From a virus, in the IMG/VR virus record IMGVR_UViG_3300048033_001554, positions 1 through 64,000 of that record: a DNA stretch of 64,000 nucleotides; one strand, given 5' to 3'. A program made the position numbers and the translations under genes. The notes under the pieces were generated by a model that saw only the letters and a list, made by a program, of their open reading frames with translations, was not told the origin of the DNA and ran no database searches. How positions within the stretch are numbered: the first letter of the stretch is position 1; the number at the start of each line of letters is the position of its first letter. Shown here in pieces: positions 40,164 to 48,820 of this stretch.

Positions 40164-41236
40164 TATTGAGCTCCTGGATCTTGTGGTGGAGTCTCAACAG
40201 CTTCGTCAACAGCACCACTTGTAGTGTCATCACCTTCTTCATAGTCGTCGGCCGTTTGAATAGAAAGTTCTTGTAATGACAGTGATATGCTAACTCCAGC
40301 AGGTTTACCACCTTTCATAATAGAAACACCGCCACCTGCACCATAGTCAACAGTAAAGTTTTGAACCATTGCTGGCTTAAAGCTCATAAAAGAGTTTTCA
40401 TCAATACCAATTAAATATATCTTAACAACGTGCGGATATTTAAGAAAAGCTCTTTCAAAATCAACCACAGTACCAAGGCTAAAGTTTTCAGTTGCTGGAA
40501 GAACAGATCTTTTCATAACATTTATTATTTTGTTGATTTGATCTGAATCTTCTTTATTGCTTGGAAACAACTCCCAATTAAATTGATGGGATCTTAAACC
40601 AACACCTTCAAAAGCTAATGTTTCTTTTGGGTTTAAAGCTGAACCGAAAACTTGGTTTGCAGTAGATCCCATATTGTCACTAACATAAGGACTAAACTTT
40701 TGAAGCAAGTATTGAGCTGCTTTTGCTGTATTGGCAACACCCATATCAGACAGTGTTTTAGTTAAGCTTCCCATCACATCGCCGCTGCCACCTGCCATGG
40801 CACTACCCATGAACTGCGCAAAGTTTGCTCCACCTTGTTGTAGTTTTCCAGCCACATCACCAATAGTAGTATCTCCGCCAGCTAAACCTGCAAGGCCTGA
40901 CGCTAGCTTTTCTGCAATAGGATCCATACTAAAACCGTTTAAAGTAATATCAGTTGAGTCAGAAAGTTGTTTTGGAAATGGCAATTCTATTGCTCTACTA
41001 TTTCTTAAATTGGCTCCAGATGTTCTGCCAGCTTCGCCAAGCGCATTAGCTGATAATAGACCAGAGACGTATTCGCTAGATCCGCCATTATTTTTAGTAT
41101 ATCCTTTTTCAAAGCTATATTCTTCGAAAACTAAAAGCATAGTATGAGGATGTGGTTTAGAAGGAAATCTATAGATGTTAGCGGTAGCGCTTTGCTTTTC
41201 GCTTGCCCTTCTATATACCTCTGGTCTACTGCTCAT
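40163..41236 (-). CDS. gp48: Baseplate tail tube cap gp48
   Basis: LNPKETLAFEGVGLRSHQFNWELFP and FLKYPHV motifs; divergent from gp4. Confidence 0.8.
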   Translation of the reverse strand: MSSRPEVYRRASEKQSATANIYRFPSKPHPHTMLLVFEEYSFEKGYTKNNGGSSEYVSGLLSANALGEAGRTSGANLRNSRAIELPFPKQLSDSTDITLNGFSMDPIAEKLASGLAGLAGGDTTIGDVAGKLQQGGANFAQFMGSAMAGGSGDVMGSLTKTLSDMGVANTAKAAQYLLQKFSPYVSDNMGSTANQVFGSALNPKETLAFEGVGLRSHQFNWELFPSNKEDSDQINKIINVMKRSVLPATENFSLGTVVDFERAFLKYPHVVKIYLIGIDENSFMSFKPAMVQNFTVDYGAGGGVSIMKGGKPAGVSISLSLQELSIQTADDYEEGDDTTSGAVDEAVETPPQDPGAQ

Positions 41237-41253
41237 TGTGTTGTGCCCTTGAT

Positions 41254-41261
41254 TATAAATA
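41254..41261 (+). promoter_or_regulatory. T4-type late promoter for the gp4 operon
   Basis: Exact TATAAATA on the plus strand. Confidence 0.8.
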
Positions 41262-41273
41262 GTTTATTAGTTC

Positions 41274-41281
41274 TATTTATA
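41274..41281 (-). promoter_or_regulatory. T4-type late promoter for the gp48 operon
   Basis: Exact TATAAATA on the minus strand. Confidence 0.8.
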
Positions 41282-41300
41282 ACAAATCGTGAGGTAACAT

Positions 41301-41756
41301 TTGGCGTATAATGGAAGGTTTCGGCCTAAAAACCCTCATAAATACAAGGGTGATCCAACTAAGATTATTTATAGATCTTCTTGGGAGCTAAGATTTTTTA
41401 GCACTTGCGATAGACACCCAGATGTAATATGGTGGCAAAGTGAAGAAGTAGTTGTACCATATGTTTCTCCAATTGATGGGCGTAGGCATAGATATTTCCC
41501 TGATGTGATTACTCATGTTAGAACTTCTGATGGAAAGACAAAAACGATTATGATTGAAATTAAACCGAAGGCTCAAACCAAGCCTCCGGATAGATCTAAA
41601 AAGAATACTGCCAAGGGACGAGTATCTAGAAGATATTTGAACGAGGTTAAAACATACGGGATTAACGAAGCAAAGTGGAAAGCAGCTAAAATATACTGCG
41701 CACAACGTGGATGGGAATTCAAAATTTATACTGAAGATACATTAGGAATCAAATAG
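41301..41756 (+). CDS. gp4: Head completion protein gp4 (TnsA-like nuclease fold)
   Basis: PKNPHKYKGDPTKIIYRSSWE...WQSEE...HRYFPD...IEIKP...NEAKWKAA motifs. Confidence 0.92.
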   Translation: MAYNGRFRPKNPHKYKGDPTKIIYRSSWELRFFSTCDRHPDVIWWQSEEVVVPYVSPIDGRRHRYFPDVITHVRTSDGKTKTIMIEIKPKAQTKPPDRSKKNTAKGRVSRRYLNEVKTYGINEAKWKAAKIYCAQRGWEFKIYTEDTLGIK

Positions 41757-42380
41757 ATGGCTGAAATATTTAACGATATATTGCTTAGAGGTATTAGATC
41801 AGGACAAGCTCCTGCTCGTTCAGCTGCTGCCCGCGATTGGTATAGAACACAAGCTAAAGAAGTTACACGAACAAAAAGAAATAGATCACAAGGTGATAAG
41901 CTTATTCGAGAGCTAAGATCTGATAAAGATCGTAGGCAGGATAGCAAATTTATGATGGGTAATATGTACCTATTTGCTTATGATCCTAAACATAAAGACA
42001 CACTACCATATTATGATAGGTTTCCACTCATATTTCCAATAAATAAAGCAAAGGGTGGATTTCTTGGAATTAACATGCATTATTTGCCACCGATATTAAG
42101 GGCAAAACTAATGGATCAATTATATACCATACTCAATAATAAGAATTTTGACGAATCAACAAGACTTACAGCATCATATAAAGTTTTAAATGGAGCAGCT
42201 AAATTTAAAGAATTTGGTCCTTGTATTAAACATTATTTGAATGCGCATGTAAGAGCAAAGCCAGCGTATATTAACCCAGCAGAATGGGATATCGCATTGT
42301 TCTTACCGACGCAGAAATTTGTTGGTGCTACTGCAAGTCAAGTATATGCTGATTCTAGAAAAATCATAAGAGGCAAATAA
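41757..42380 (+). CDS. gp2: DNA end protector protein gp2
   Basis: YDPKHKDTLPYYDRFPLIF...GINMHYLPP motif. Confidence 0.92.
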   Translation: MAEIFNDILLRGIRSGQAPARSAAARDWYRTQAKEVTRTKRNRSQGDKLIRELRSDKDRRQDSKFMMGNMYLFAYDPKHKDTLPYYDRFPLIFPINKAKGGFLGINMHYLPPILRAKLMDQLYTILNNKNFDESTRLTASYKVLNGAAKFKEFGPCIKHYLNAHVRAKPAYINPAEWDIALFLPTQKFVGATASQVYADSRKIIRGK

Positions 42381-43126
42381 TGGCATTTAGGATAAACGAA
42401 TTTAAATCACAAATGGATTACTTTGGAGGTCCAGCTCGTGGATCTTTGTTTGAAGTGCAAATCGTTACTCCAAAAGGAGTTAAGTCTAGAGCAAATTCAA
42501 GAGACTTAATTTTCTTTTGTAAAAATGCTTCTATACCTGGAATGACCATCAATGCTGCTCAAAATGAACAGGTTGGCCAGTTTCGTAAAATGATGCCACA
42601 ATCTATACAAATTGAACCAGTACAAGCTATCTTTATGCTCGATTCAGATCACCAAGTATTATCTTTTTTCCATTCATGGATGCAAAACATTGTTAACTAT
42701 GGTACTGCAGCTGGTGATTTTGCTGAGGTGGGTGGCAAACTTCCTTTTGAAATTGGATATAAAGATGAATATTCTTGTCGTGTTATCATTAGACAATACT
42801 CAACAAACTATCAAACATCAGGTCAATATTATGAAGTAATATTAGATAATGCGTTTCCAATTGCGGTTGGTGACGTTGATCTCGCGTGGGAATCCAGCGA
42901 CAGCTATTCAGTACTACCAGTGAGTTTCCAGTATGATCGTATTGAAGTTACTGGCGAACAAATTGGTTCACCTACTGCTCGGTTTGGTAGAGGTAATGGT
43001 GTACTTGATTTATTCAATGCAATCGGATCTTTTGGGCAATTGATTGGTCAAAACTTGGTTCCACGCTCAGTACAAGAAGCAGTAGATAAATATACGCGCG
43101 TCAGAAACGCAATTGATAGATTTTAA
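42380..43126 (+). CDS. gp54: Baseplate tail tube initiator (gp54 / gp19-like fold)
   Basis: Tube-fold motifs FFHSWMQNI, YKDEY and AFPIAVGDVDLAW; conserved position between gp2 and gp26. Confidence 0.7.
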   Translation: MAFRINEFKSQMDYFGGPARGSLFEVQIVTPKGVKSRANSRDLIFFCKNASIPGMTINAAQNEQVGQFRKMMPQSIQIEPVQAIFMLDSDHQVLSFFHSWMQNIVNYGTAAGDFAEVGGKLPFEIGYKDEYSCRVIIRQYSTNYQTSGQYYEVILDNAFPIAVGDVDLAWESSDSYSVLPVSFQYDRIEVTGEQIGSPTARFGRGNGVLDLFNAIGSFGQLIGQNLVPRSVQEAVDKYTRVRNAIDRF

Positions 43127-43148
43127 AATGAATTTGGAGAAATAAATT

Positions 43149-43850
43149 ATGGCATTACCTAAGATTGACTTACCTATTTTTGAAGTAAAACTTCCTTCTA
43201 CCCGTGAAAAGGTAAAACTTAGACCTTTTACTGTTAAAGAAGAAAAAATACTTTTGGTTGCTCGGGAATCTGGAGCAGGTGAAGATACTATTATTGGTAT
43301 TAAACAAGTAGTTAATAATTGCTTAATTGATAAAGATGTGTCAGAACTTGCGATGTTTGATTTAGAATTTGTATTAGTTGTTTTAAGATCAAGATCAGTA
43401 GACAACAACGTTTCTTTCCAAATCCAAGATCCTGATACTGAAGAAGTAGTAGACTTATCAGTTGACCTAGACGATATTACTATTGTTAGAAAAGAAGATC
43501 ACACTAATAAAGTTCAAATTAACGAAGATTATACTTTATTTTTAAAGTATCCAACGATAGACGAATTTATTAAGATTTCTTCTTTGGATGATGGCGATCC
43601 ATTGGCAAGTTATTTTATTATGATTTCTTGTTTGGATAGTGTAGTATCTGAAGATGAAGTACACTATTTTAAAGACTACACTGAAGAAGAAATTAATGAT
43701 TTCATGGAAAATACATCCGGTGAAGTTATTAAAGGAATTCAACATTTCTTTGAAACAGTTCCAAAGCTTAGACATGAAATGAAATATACGAATAAAAATG
43801 GCGATGAAAAAACTTTCGTACTTGAAGGAATGAATAGTTTTTTTATCTAG
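43149..43850 (+). CDS. gp26: Baseplate hub assembly protein gp26
   Basis: MALPKIDLP..RPFTVKEEKILL..FDLEF..LRSRSV..LEGMNSFF motifs. Confidence 0.9.
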   Translation: MALPKIDLPIFEVKLPSTREKVKLRPFTVKEEKILLVARESGAGEDTIIGIKQVVNNCLIDKDVSELAMFDLEFVLVVLRSRSVDNNVSFQIQDPDTEEVVDLSVDLDDITIVRKEDHTNKVQINEDYTLFLKYPTIDEFIKISSLDDGDPLASYFIMISCLDSVVSEDEVHYFKDYTEEEINDFMENTSGEVIKGIQHFFETVPKLRHEMKYTNKNGDEKTFVLEGMNSFFI

Positions 43851-44017
43851 TGCTGTGCCACATCAATTTAGGGGATTACTATAAAATGATATTTTCTATG
43901 GCACAGCACCATAAATATTCTATATCTGAGATTGAAAGTATGCTACCTTATGAAAGAGATTTATATTTTGGTATGTTAGTTGATTATATAGAAAAACAAA
44001 ACGAAAAAAATAGTTAA
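43850..44017 (+). CDS. gp51: Baseplate hub assembly catalyst gp51-like (start at GTG 43850 or ATG 43886; possibly made by frameshift)
   Basis: Not in the ORF track; my translation is (V)LCHINLGDYYKMIFSMAQHHKYSISEIESMLPYERDLYFGMLVDYIEKQNEKNS. Confidence 0.8.
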   Translation: MLCHINLGDYYKMIFSMAQHHKYSISEIESMLPYERDLYFGMLVDYIEKQNEKNS

Positions 44018-44031
44018 ATAGGAATAATTTA

Positions 44032-45981
44032 ATGGCCGAGCTGTCAGACGAAACAAAAGCTATATTAAAAGGACTAAAAGATGAAGGGTTGCTTACCAGG
44101 AATACTGGTGCTAACTCTATCAAGTCTTTGGGCATTAAATTTGATAAATTTTCCGGAGTTCTTAATAGTATTAATACTAACATTATTTCTCAAAATGAAA
44201 TGATGGCTAAACAATTAGACATATCTTATGATGCTGCTGCAGCGGCTAGAAATAAAGAACAATTCGATGAAATTGATTCATCAAATGATAGTAAGCCTTC
44301 TTTACCGCAGACAGACACTGGAGGTGAAGATAAAACATATAAAGTTATTGATACGATAGGTGAGAAAATGGCGAGTGCATTTTCTCTCAAAAACATAGCA
44401 ATGGGTTTAGCGGGCGGTTTTGTAGGATACAACCTGTTAAAAGGATTTGTGGATGAAAAAACGAATGGTGGATTTACTGCATTTGAAAGCAATATTGGAA
44501 AGATAATTACCGATATTTCTGCAGTAGACTTTAGCAAGTTTGCTCCTAGTATGGAAACTTTAACTGCAACTATTGATAAAATGAAAGAAGCAGTAGATAA
44601 AATATCAGACACAATAACAAAAATTACAGAGTTTGGTTGGGATGATTTGTTTGGTGCTTTATGGAATACTATGGGTGCTATTACTGCGTATAACTTGACT
44701 ATGGGTGTTCTTAATAAAGTCATGGCGGGCAGAGCAGGTAAAGCGTCTGGGGCAGGTAAAAAAGGACTACTCAAAAAACTATTAGCAGGTGGACTTGGCG
44801 TAGGAGCAATCGCGGCGTCTGGTGCATTAACACCGGATGAAATTAAAGCGGGCAAAGCAGAAATAGATGCAGATAAAGCAAACTTAGAAAAATCACGAGC
44901 AGCACAAGCTAAATATTCAAGAGGCGGAGCTGGTAATACTAGCATTACACCAAGACCCGGCGCTATACCAGACGCGGATGGAAACGTAACTTCTAAAAGT
45001 GGTAAAGTATACGCAGCTGATAGCCCACAAGGCAAAATGATAACAACAGCCGGTGGTACCATAACACCAGATCAAAGAGCAGCACTTGGTGGGTATGATA
45101 ACTATAGACCAAATGCGGCGGTGCCTTCACCAAGGGCAGCTGCAGGCGTGGCGGCAGATGCAGTAGCTGATAGCGGTGGTACTGTAGGTAAAGAAGTTTT
45201 AGCTAGAAATAAAGGTAGAATAGCTAAATTAGTTGCACAAAAAATTAGTGGTGTATTCATTAAAGCAGTTCCTGGTTTGGGTATGATAGCTGGAGCTGGT
45301 TTTGCTTTGTGGAGTTTAGCTCGTGGTGATTTTACTACAGCAGCTTTAGAAGCAGCTTCTATCCCGGCTCCTTCATTAGCTGGTGCTCCATTAGACGTAG
45401 GAGCTGTTGCTACTGCAGTATTCTTTGAAGTTACTGGTGAAACTTACAACCAAGGAAATGAAGACCACCGAGCAATTATGATTGGAATTGGTGAAGAAGT
45501 TGCTAAGCAATGGGAAGAGTGGAAAGCTAAAAGAGAACAAGAAGGCAAAGATTTTGAGCAAAAAGTTAACCAAATGGCAGCTGATGAAAGAATGGCTGGC
45601 GGTGGTGTAGATACTTCTACTACTGTTGGTGCATTTAGCGGTCAAACTCCTGAGGAATACTTCCAAAGCTTATCTGACGATCCTAACTTTAAAGGAAACT
45701 ATACTTATGATAAGTATGGTACTCAATACGTCACTCGTCCAGGTAATCCTATGCGCCAAAGAGTATCATCTAGACAAGAAAGAGCGGCGCAACTGTCTTC
45801 TGTAGGAAACGGTGCAGGTGGCGGAGGTGCGGTAATAGTTAACAACAATACTAGCGCTCCAAACTATGTAACTAATGTTTCAAATGGTGGAGATACAGTA
45901 GCAGTTTCTCAAAATAGCGTTAGCGGTGGAGGTGATGGAAGTGCAACTAATTTCTATAATCTGCCAGGTGGAATCCAATAA
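44032..45981 (+). CDS. Tape-measure-like / gp29-like baseplate hub protein
   Basis: Ala/Gly-rich helical protein with KAVPGLGMIAGAGFA..RGDF motif and a VIVNNNTS tail; follows gp26/gp51. Confidence 0.6.
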   Translation: MAELSDETKAILKGLKDEGLLTRNTGANSIKSLGIKFDKFSGVLNSINTNIISQNEMMAKQLDISYDAAAAARNKEQFDEIDSSNDSKPSLPQTDTGGEDKTYKVIDTIGEKMASAFSLKNIAMGLAGGFVGYNLLKGFVDEKTNGGFTAFESNIGKIITDISAVDFSKFAPSMETLTATIDKMKEAVDKISDTITKITEFGWDDLFGALWNTMGAITAYNLTMGVLNKVMAGRAGKASGAGKKGLLKKLLAGGLGVGAIAASGALTPDEIKAGKAEIDADKANLEKSRAAQAKYSRGGAGNTSITPRPGAIPDADGNVTSKSGKVYAADSPQGKMITTAGGTITPDQRAALGGYDNYRPNAAVPSPRAAAGVAADAVADSGGTVGKEVLARNKGRIAKLVAQKISGVFIKAVPGLGMIAGAGFALWSLARGDFTTAALEAASIPAPSLAGAPLDVGAVATAVFFEVTGETYNQGNEDHRAIMIGIGEEVAKQWEEWKAKREQEGKDFEQKVNQMAADERMAGGGVDTSTTVGAFSGQTPEEYFQSLSDDPNFKGNYTYDKYGTQYVTRPGNPMRQRVSSRQERAAQLSSVGNGAGGGGAVIVNNNTSAPNYVTNVSNGGDTVAVSQNSVSGGGDGSATNFYNLPGGIQ

Positions 45982-46010
45982 AAAAGGGAGCGTTAAGCTC
46001 CCTTTCTCTT
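45980..46010. terminator. Bidirectional rho-independent terminator
   Basis: AAAGGGAGC-GTTAA-GCTCCCTTT stem with an A-run on the left and a T-rich run on the right, between convergent operons. Confidence 0.8.
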
Positions 46011-46022
46011 GTTCTTTAAATG

Positions 46023-46244
46023 TTAGTCTTTCTTAGATACGAAAGAATACATCTCTTTAGCTTTTTCCATCAAATCATCCATGCTATATGGAGTCATTGC
46101 TTCTTTAAGCTCTTCAGCATTCTTTTTTCCAGCTTCAAACATTTTTGTAGCGAACTCGACGTTCATTTGAGTTTGCTTATCCATATAATCTTTAGCCATT
46201 TCAAGGACTTCAGTACGGATTTCGAATGGGTTTTTATTTGACAT
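46023..46244 (-). CDS. Conserved small phage hypothetical protein
   Basis: NPFEIRTEVLEMAKD...KAKEMYSFV pattern; AGGAG RBS. Confidence 0.7.
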   Translation of the reverse strand: MSNKNPFEIRTEVLEMAKDYMDKQTQMNVEFATKMFEAGKKNAEELKEAMTPYSMDDLMEKAKEMYSFVSKKD

Positions 46245-46271
46245 AATAGTTCTCCTAGTGTGTGTATGTGT

Positions 46272-46460
46272 TTAACCAGAAATGTATACACCTTTTGGTC
46301 TATACCAGTTTTTCTGGTGGAAAATCTTAGCTTTAAGATCTTCGATTGATTGAACCTCAAATCCTACTGATCCCATGCGTTGATGTTGTAGTAGTATAAG
46401 AGCTTCTTCTATTAAGTTGATGTCTTCAACATCTAACTCAAATGTTGTATTTGGTTTCAT
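46272..46460 (-). CDS. Hypothetical protein
   Basis: 62-aa ORF (KPNTTFELDVEDINLIE...IFHQKNWYRPK) co-oriented with its neighbours. Confidence 0.65.
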   Translation of the reverse strand: MKPNTTFELDVEDINLIEEALILLQHQRMGSVGFEVQSIEDLKAKIFHQKNWYRPKGVYISG

Positions 46461-46473
46461 AATATAGCTTTCA

Positions 46474-46501
46474 ATAAATGAGACGACCCGAAGGCCGTCT
46501 C
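46474..46501 (-). terminator. UUCG-tetraloop hairpin, probable terminator after hsp20
   Basis: Minus strand GAGACGGCC-TTCG-GGTCGTCTC followed by ATTTATT. Confidence 0.65.
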
Positions 46502-46512
46502 TTTAGAGTTAT

Positions 46513-46983
46513 TTATCCTTTAAGAAGTTCTTTCTCAGTATTGCCAATAGGGATTTTACGAGGTTTCTTCTCTTCAGGAATTACATTCTCTAGATCAATG
46601 TACAACATTCCGTGGCTAAGATCTGCGCCTCGAACTACAATTGTATCTGAGAGTGTAAAGCTTCTACAAAAAGAACGAGTTGAAATACCCTTATGCAAGT
46701 AATGTGCTTCTTCTTGATCTTCTTTTTTACCCTCGACGTGTAGAACGCCTTCTCTTACTTCGATATTAATTTCGTCTTCAAGAAAACCAGCTACAGCTAT
46801 GTCGATAGTGTAGTTGTTTTCATCTACTTTAATAATATTGTATGGAGGGTAATTGTTTGTTTGACCTGGAGTTGATGCATGCATCTTGTTTAGAATTTTA
46901 TCTAATCCAATAAACATTGGGTCGTTGAGCATGCTCGCGTTTATTCTACGTGTTTGCGGATCAACTGGTTTAGTGTATGTCAT
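46513..46983 (-). CDS. hsp20: Small heat shock protein (Hsp20/IbpA family)
   Basis: NYPPYNIIK..IAVAGF..YLHKGISTRSF..IPEEKKPRKI motifs; ATG at 46983 has an AAGGAG RBS. Confidence 0.93.
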   Translation of the reverse strand: MTYTKPVDPQTRRINASMLNDPMFIGLDKILNKMHASTPGQTNNYPPYNIIKVDENNYTIDIAVAGFLEDEINIEVREGVLHVEGKKEDQEEAHYLHKGISTRSFCRSFTLSDTIVVRGADLSHGMLYIDLENVIPEEKKPRKIPIGNTEKELLKG

Positions 46984-47070
46984 ATTGCTATCTCCTTTAT
47001 TAAGCAAGATTTATGTTTGCCGTTATAAACCGGCGATTAAAGTGTAGGAACCCGAAGCATTCCTACACTA
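46984..47070 (-). promoter_or_regulatory. ROSE-like RNA thermometer in the hsp20 5-prime UTR
   Basis: Three hairpins; the last is AUCUU-G-CUU-AAUA-AAGGAGAU, with UUGCU and a bulged G opposite the Shine-Dalgarno. Confidence 0.7.
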
Positions 47071-47071
47071 T

Positions 47072-47079
47072 TATTTATA
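47072..47079 (-). promoter_or_regulatory. T4-type late promoter upstream of the hsp20 leader
   Basis: Exact TATAAATA on the minus strand. Confidence 0.75.
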
Positions 47080-47083
47080 TAGC

Positions 47084-47596
47084 TTATTCTGTTCCTGTGC
47101 TACCAAAACCACCATTTCGGTCAGTTTTTTGTACTGGTTTTTCTTTTGTTTCAGTAATTTTAACTCGAAGAGTTTTTTCAATCAAACATTGAGCAATGCG
47201 CTCGCCATGTTCAATTGTTGCCATACTGTCTGAAACATTCTCCAACATCATGAAAGATTCTTCCACATAGTCTGAGTCAATTATACCAACTCCATTCGCC
47301 ATTGTCAATCCTTTTTTAAGAGCTTGACCAGAACGAATATACATTTTCATTACATGTTTTTCAGGAATATCAAAGATAAGACCTGTTGGCACAAGTACTC
47401 GAATGCCTGGCGGTAATTGAAAGGAATTTGGAATTGCGCCAACACCTTTAACAACAATAGACATTTCTTTGTTGAAGGCGTTAAAAGATTTTAAACGTTG
47501 TCCATTTTGAATACATGCTTTAATATCAAAACAGGCCGATCCATCTGTAGCATACTCAGGTAGCTCTGCTCTATCATTCACTTTATATACGTTCAT
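47084..47596 (-). CDS. dut: Trimeric dUTPase
   Basis: SACFDI, RSGQALKKG, GIIDSDY, GERIAQ and RNGGFGSTG motifs I-V. Confidence 0.93.
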   Translation of the reverse strand: MNVYKVNDRAELPEYATDGSACFDIKACIQNGQRLKSFNAFNKEMSIVVKGVGAIPNSFQLPPGIRVLVPTGLIFDIPEKHVMKMYIRSGQALKKGLTMANGVGIIDSDYVEESFMMLENVSDSMATIEHGERIAQCLIEKTLRVKITETKEKPVQKTDRNGGFGSTGTE

Positions 47597-47599
47597 AAT

Positions 47600-48001
47600 T
47601 TATTTCTTCCCAATGTTATATTTTGCTTCAAGTGTCCAATTTGATTTTTCTTTGTGAGAAAGAATCTTAACTTGATTTAACGGAGCAATTGGATCGTTAG
47701 AACTTTCAGGATCTACGACCTCAATAAGTTCCCACTCTTCTAGCAGGTTTACAATCGTGTTTCTTCTTGCTTCGTCTTCGTCAGTAAATGTATTCTTCTT
47801 TCCATCTAAAATAAACAACTCTTTAAAATGAAGAATTGCATAACGACCTTGTTTATGTAGAATGTGGCATGTTTGATATAGCTTCTTTTCTTTACGAGAA
47901 GAAATGCCAATTCGAGTTAAAGTTTCTTTAACTTTTAGAAAACTGTCTGGAGAAGGAAGTGAGATTTCTATACCGACACCTTTAAAAATGTCTTCTTGCA
48001 T
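47600..48001 (-). CDS. regA: Translational repressor RegA
   Basis: FLKVKETLTRIGI...LYQTCHILHKQGRYAILHFKELF motif. Confidence 0.95.
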   Translation of the reverse strand: MQEDIFKGVGIEISLPSPDSFLKVKETLTRIGISSRKEKKLYQTCHILHKQGRYAILHFKELFILDGKKNTFTDEDEARRNTIVNLLEEWELIEVVDPESSNDPIAPLNQVKILSHKEKSNWTLEAKYNIGKK

Positions 48002-48074
48002 AACAACAGCACCTTATTATTAATTGTTTTTTATGGTTTCACGATGCTCACTTTGACCATCAATTATATTTATT

Positions 48075-48479
48075 TTATTTTGAAACTCCACCTGTAGTCA
48101 TCTTATTATGGATTGACTTCAGGTCTTCCTTCGAAAGAGCTTTTAAATAAAGTTTAGCAACGGTGCGGTTGCATTGATATACATGTTGAATTGCGTCTAG
48201 GTCGCCGCTTTTATCAGCCTTAGGCCATTTAGAAAAACGTTTACGTTTACGCAATGCTCCACGGTAATATTGAAACTGAGCATCATGGAATAGATGATGT
48301 CTCATATTCATTTCGTTTGCATGAAGAACAGTATCTTCAAAGTTTGTGAAACCTTTATTAACAAGATAAGGTGTGTATTGCTTTTCAATTAAATCGGGAG
48401 TTTCATGGCTATGTATGAGGTCTTCCTTTGAGAAAGAAACAGCGTTCATAAAATCAAATGGGCTATAGTCCTTCGCCAT
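48075..48479 (-). CDS. gp62: Clamp loader small subunit gp62
   Basis: YTPYLVNKG..ANEMN..RKRKRFSKW motifs; ATG at 48479 has a GAGGAGG RBS. Confidence 0.9.
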   Translation of the reverse strand: MAKDYSPFDFMNAVSFSKEDLIHSHETPDLIEKQYTPYLVNKGFTNFEDTVLHANEMNMRHHLFHDAQFQYYRGALRKRKRFSKWPKADKSGDLDAIQHVYQCNRTVAKLYLKALSKEDLKSIHNKMTTGGVSK

Positions 48480-48669
48480 ACTTAACCTCCTCAATAGCTT
48501 TTAGCACATCATTCACATCGTCAGCACATTGTTGGCATGCTTTAAGAGTAAGCAAACCTTCAGCTGTATTTAATTTTACATTAAAAGCAGTCTTTTTGTC
48601 AACTCTTTCTTTGCAATAAAAGCATTCAACAGTACGAGAACCGATGAGCTTTTTCATCCACTCACTCAT
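48463..48669 (-). CDS. Small zinc-finger-like hypothetical protein
   Basis: Two CxxC pairs (CFYC, CQQC). Confidence 0.6.
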   Translation of the reverse strand: MSEWMKKLIGSRTVECFYCKERVDKKTAFNVKLNTAEGLLTLKACQQCADDVNDVLKAIEEVKYGEGL

Positions 48670-48820
48670 TGTTTTTACCAATTGGATTATCGTAGTAATC
48701 AGTCAAGCCTTTACGTTGGCGTTCTTTCTTTTCTTCGATTATCACAGACGATTGCCAAACGGCGATTGCACCTAAAACTAAGATTGGCAATCCAATCAAG
48801 TATTGGATAATAGTTTCCAT
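48662..48820 (-). CDS. Small putative membrane protein
   Basis: Not in the ORF track; 52 aa (METIIQYLIGLPILVLGAIAVWQSSVIIEEKKERQRK...) that fills the gap and overlaps both neighbours. Confidence 0.6.
   Translation of the reverse strand: METIIQYLIGLPILVLGAIAVWQSSVIIEEKKERQRKGLTDYYDNPIGKNNE

Noticed and set aside
44226-45062. 278-aa antisense ORF within the tape-measure-like gene
   Set aside because: Antisense mirror of an Ala/Gly-rich gene, with no motif or independent expression signals.
48002-48074. Structured RNA in the regA leader
   Set aside because: Only short, mutually exclusive 4-5 bp pairings, not distinguishable from chance.
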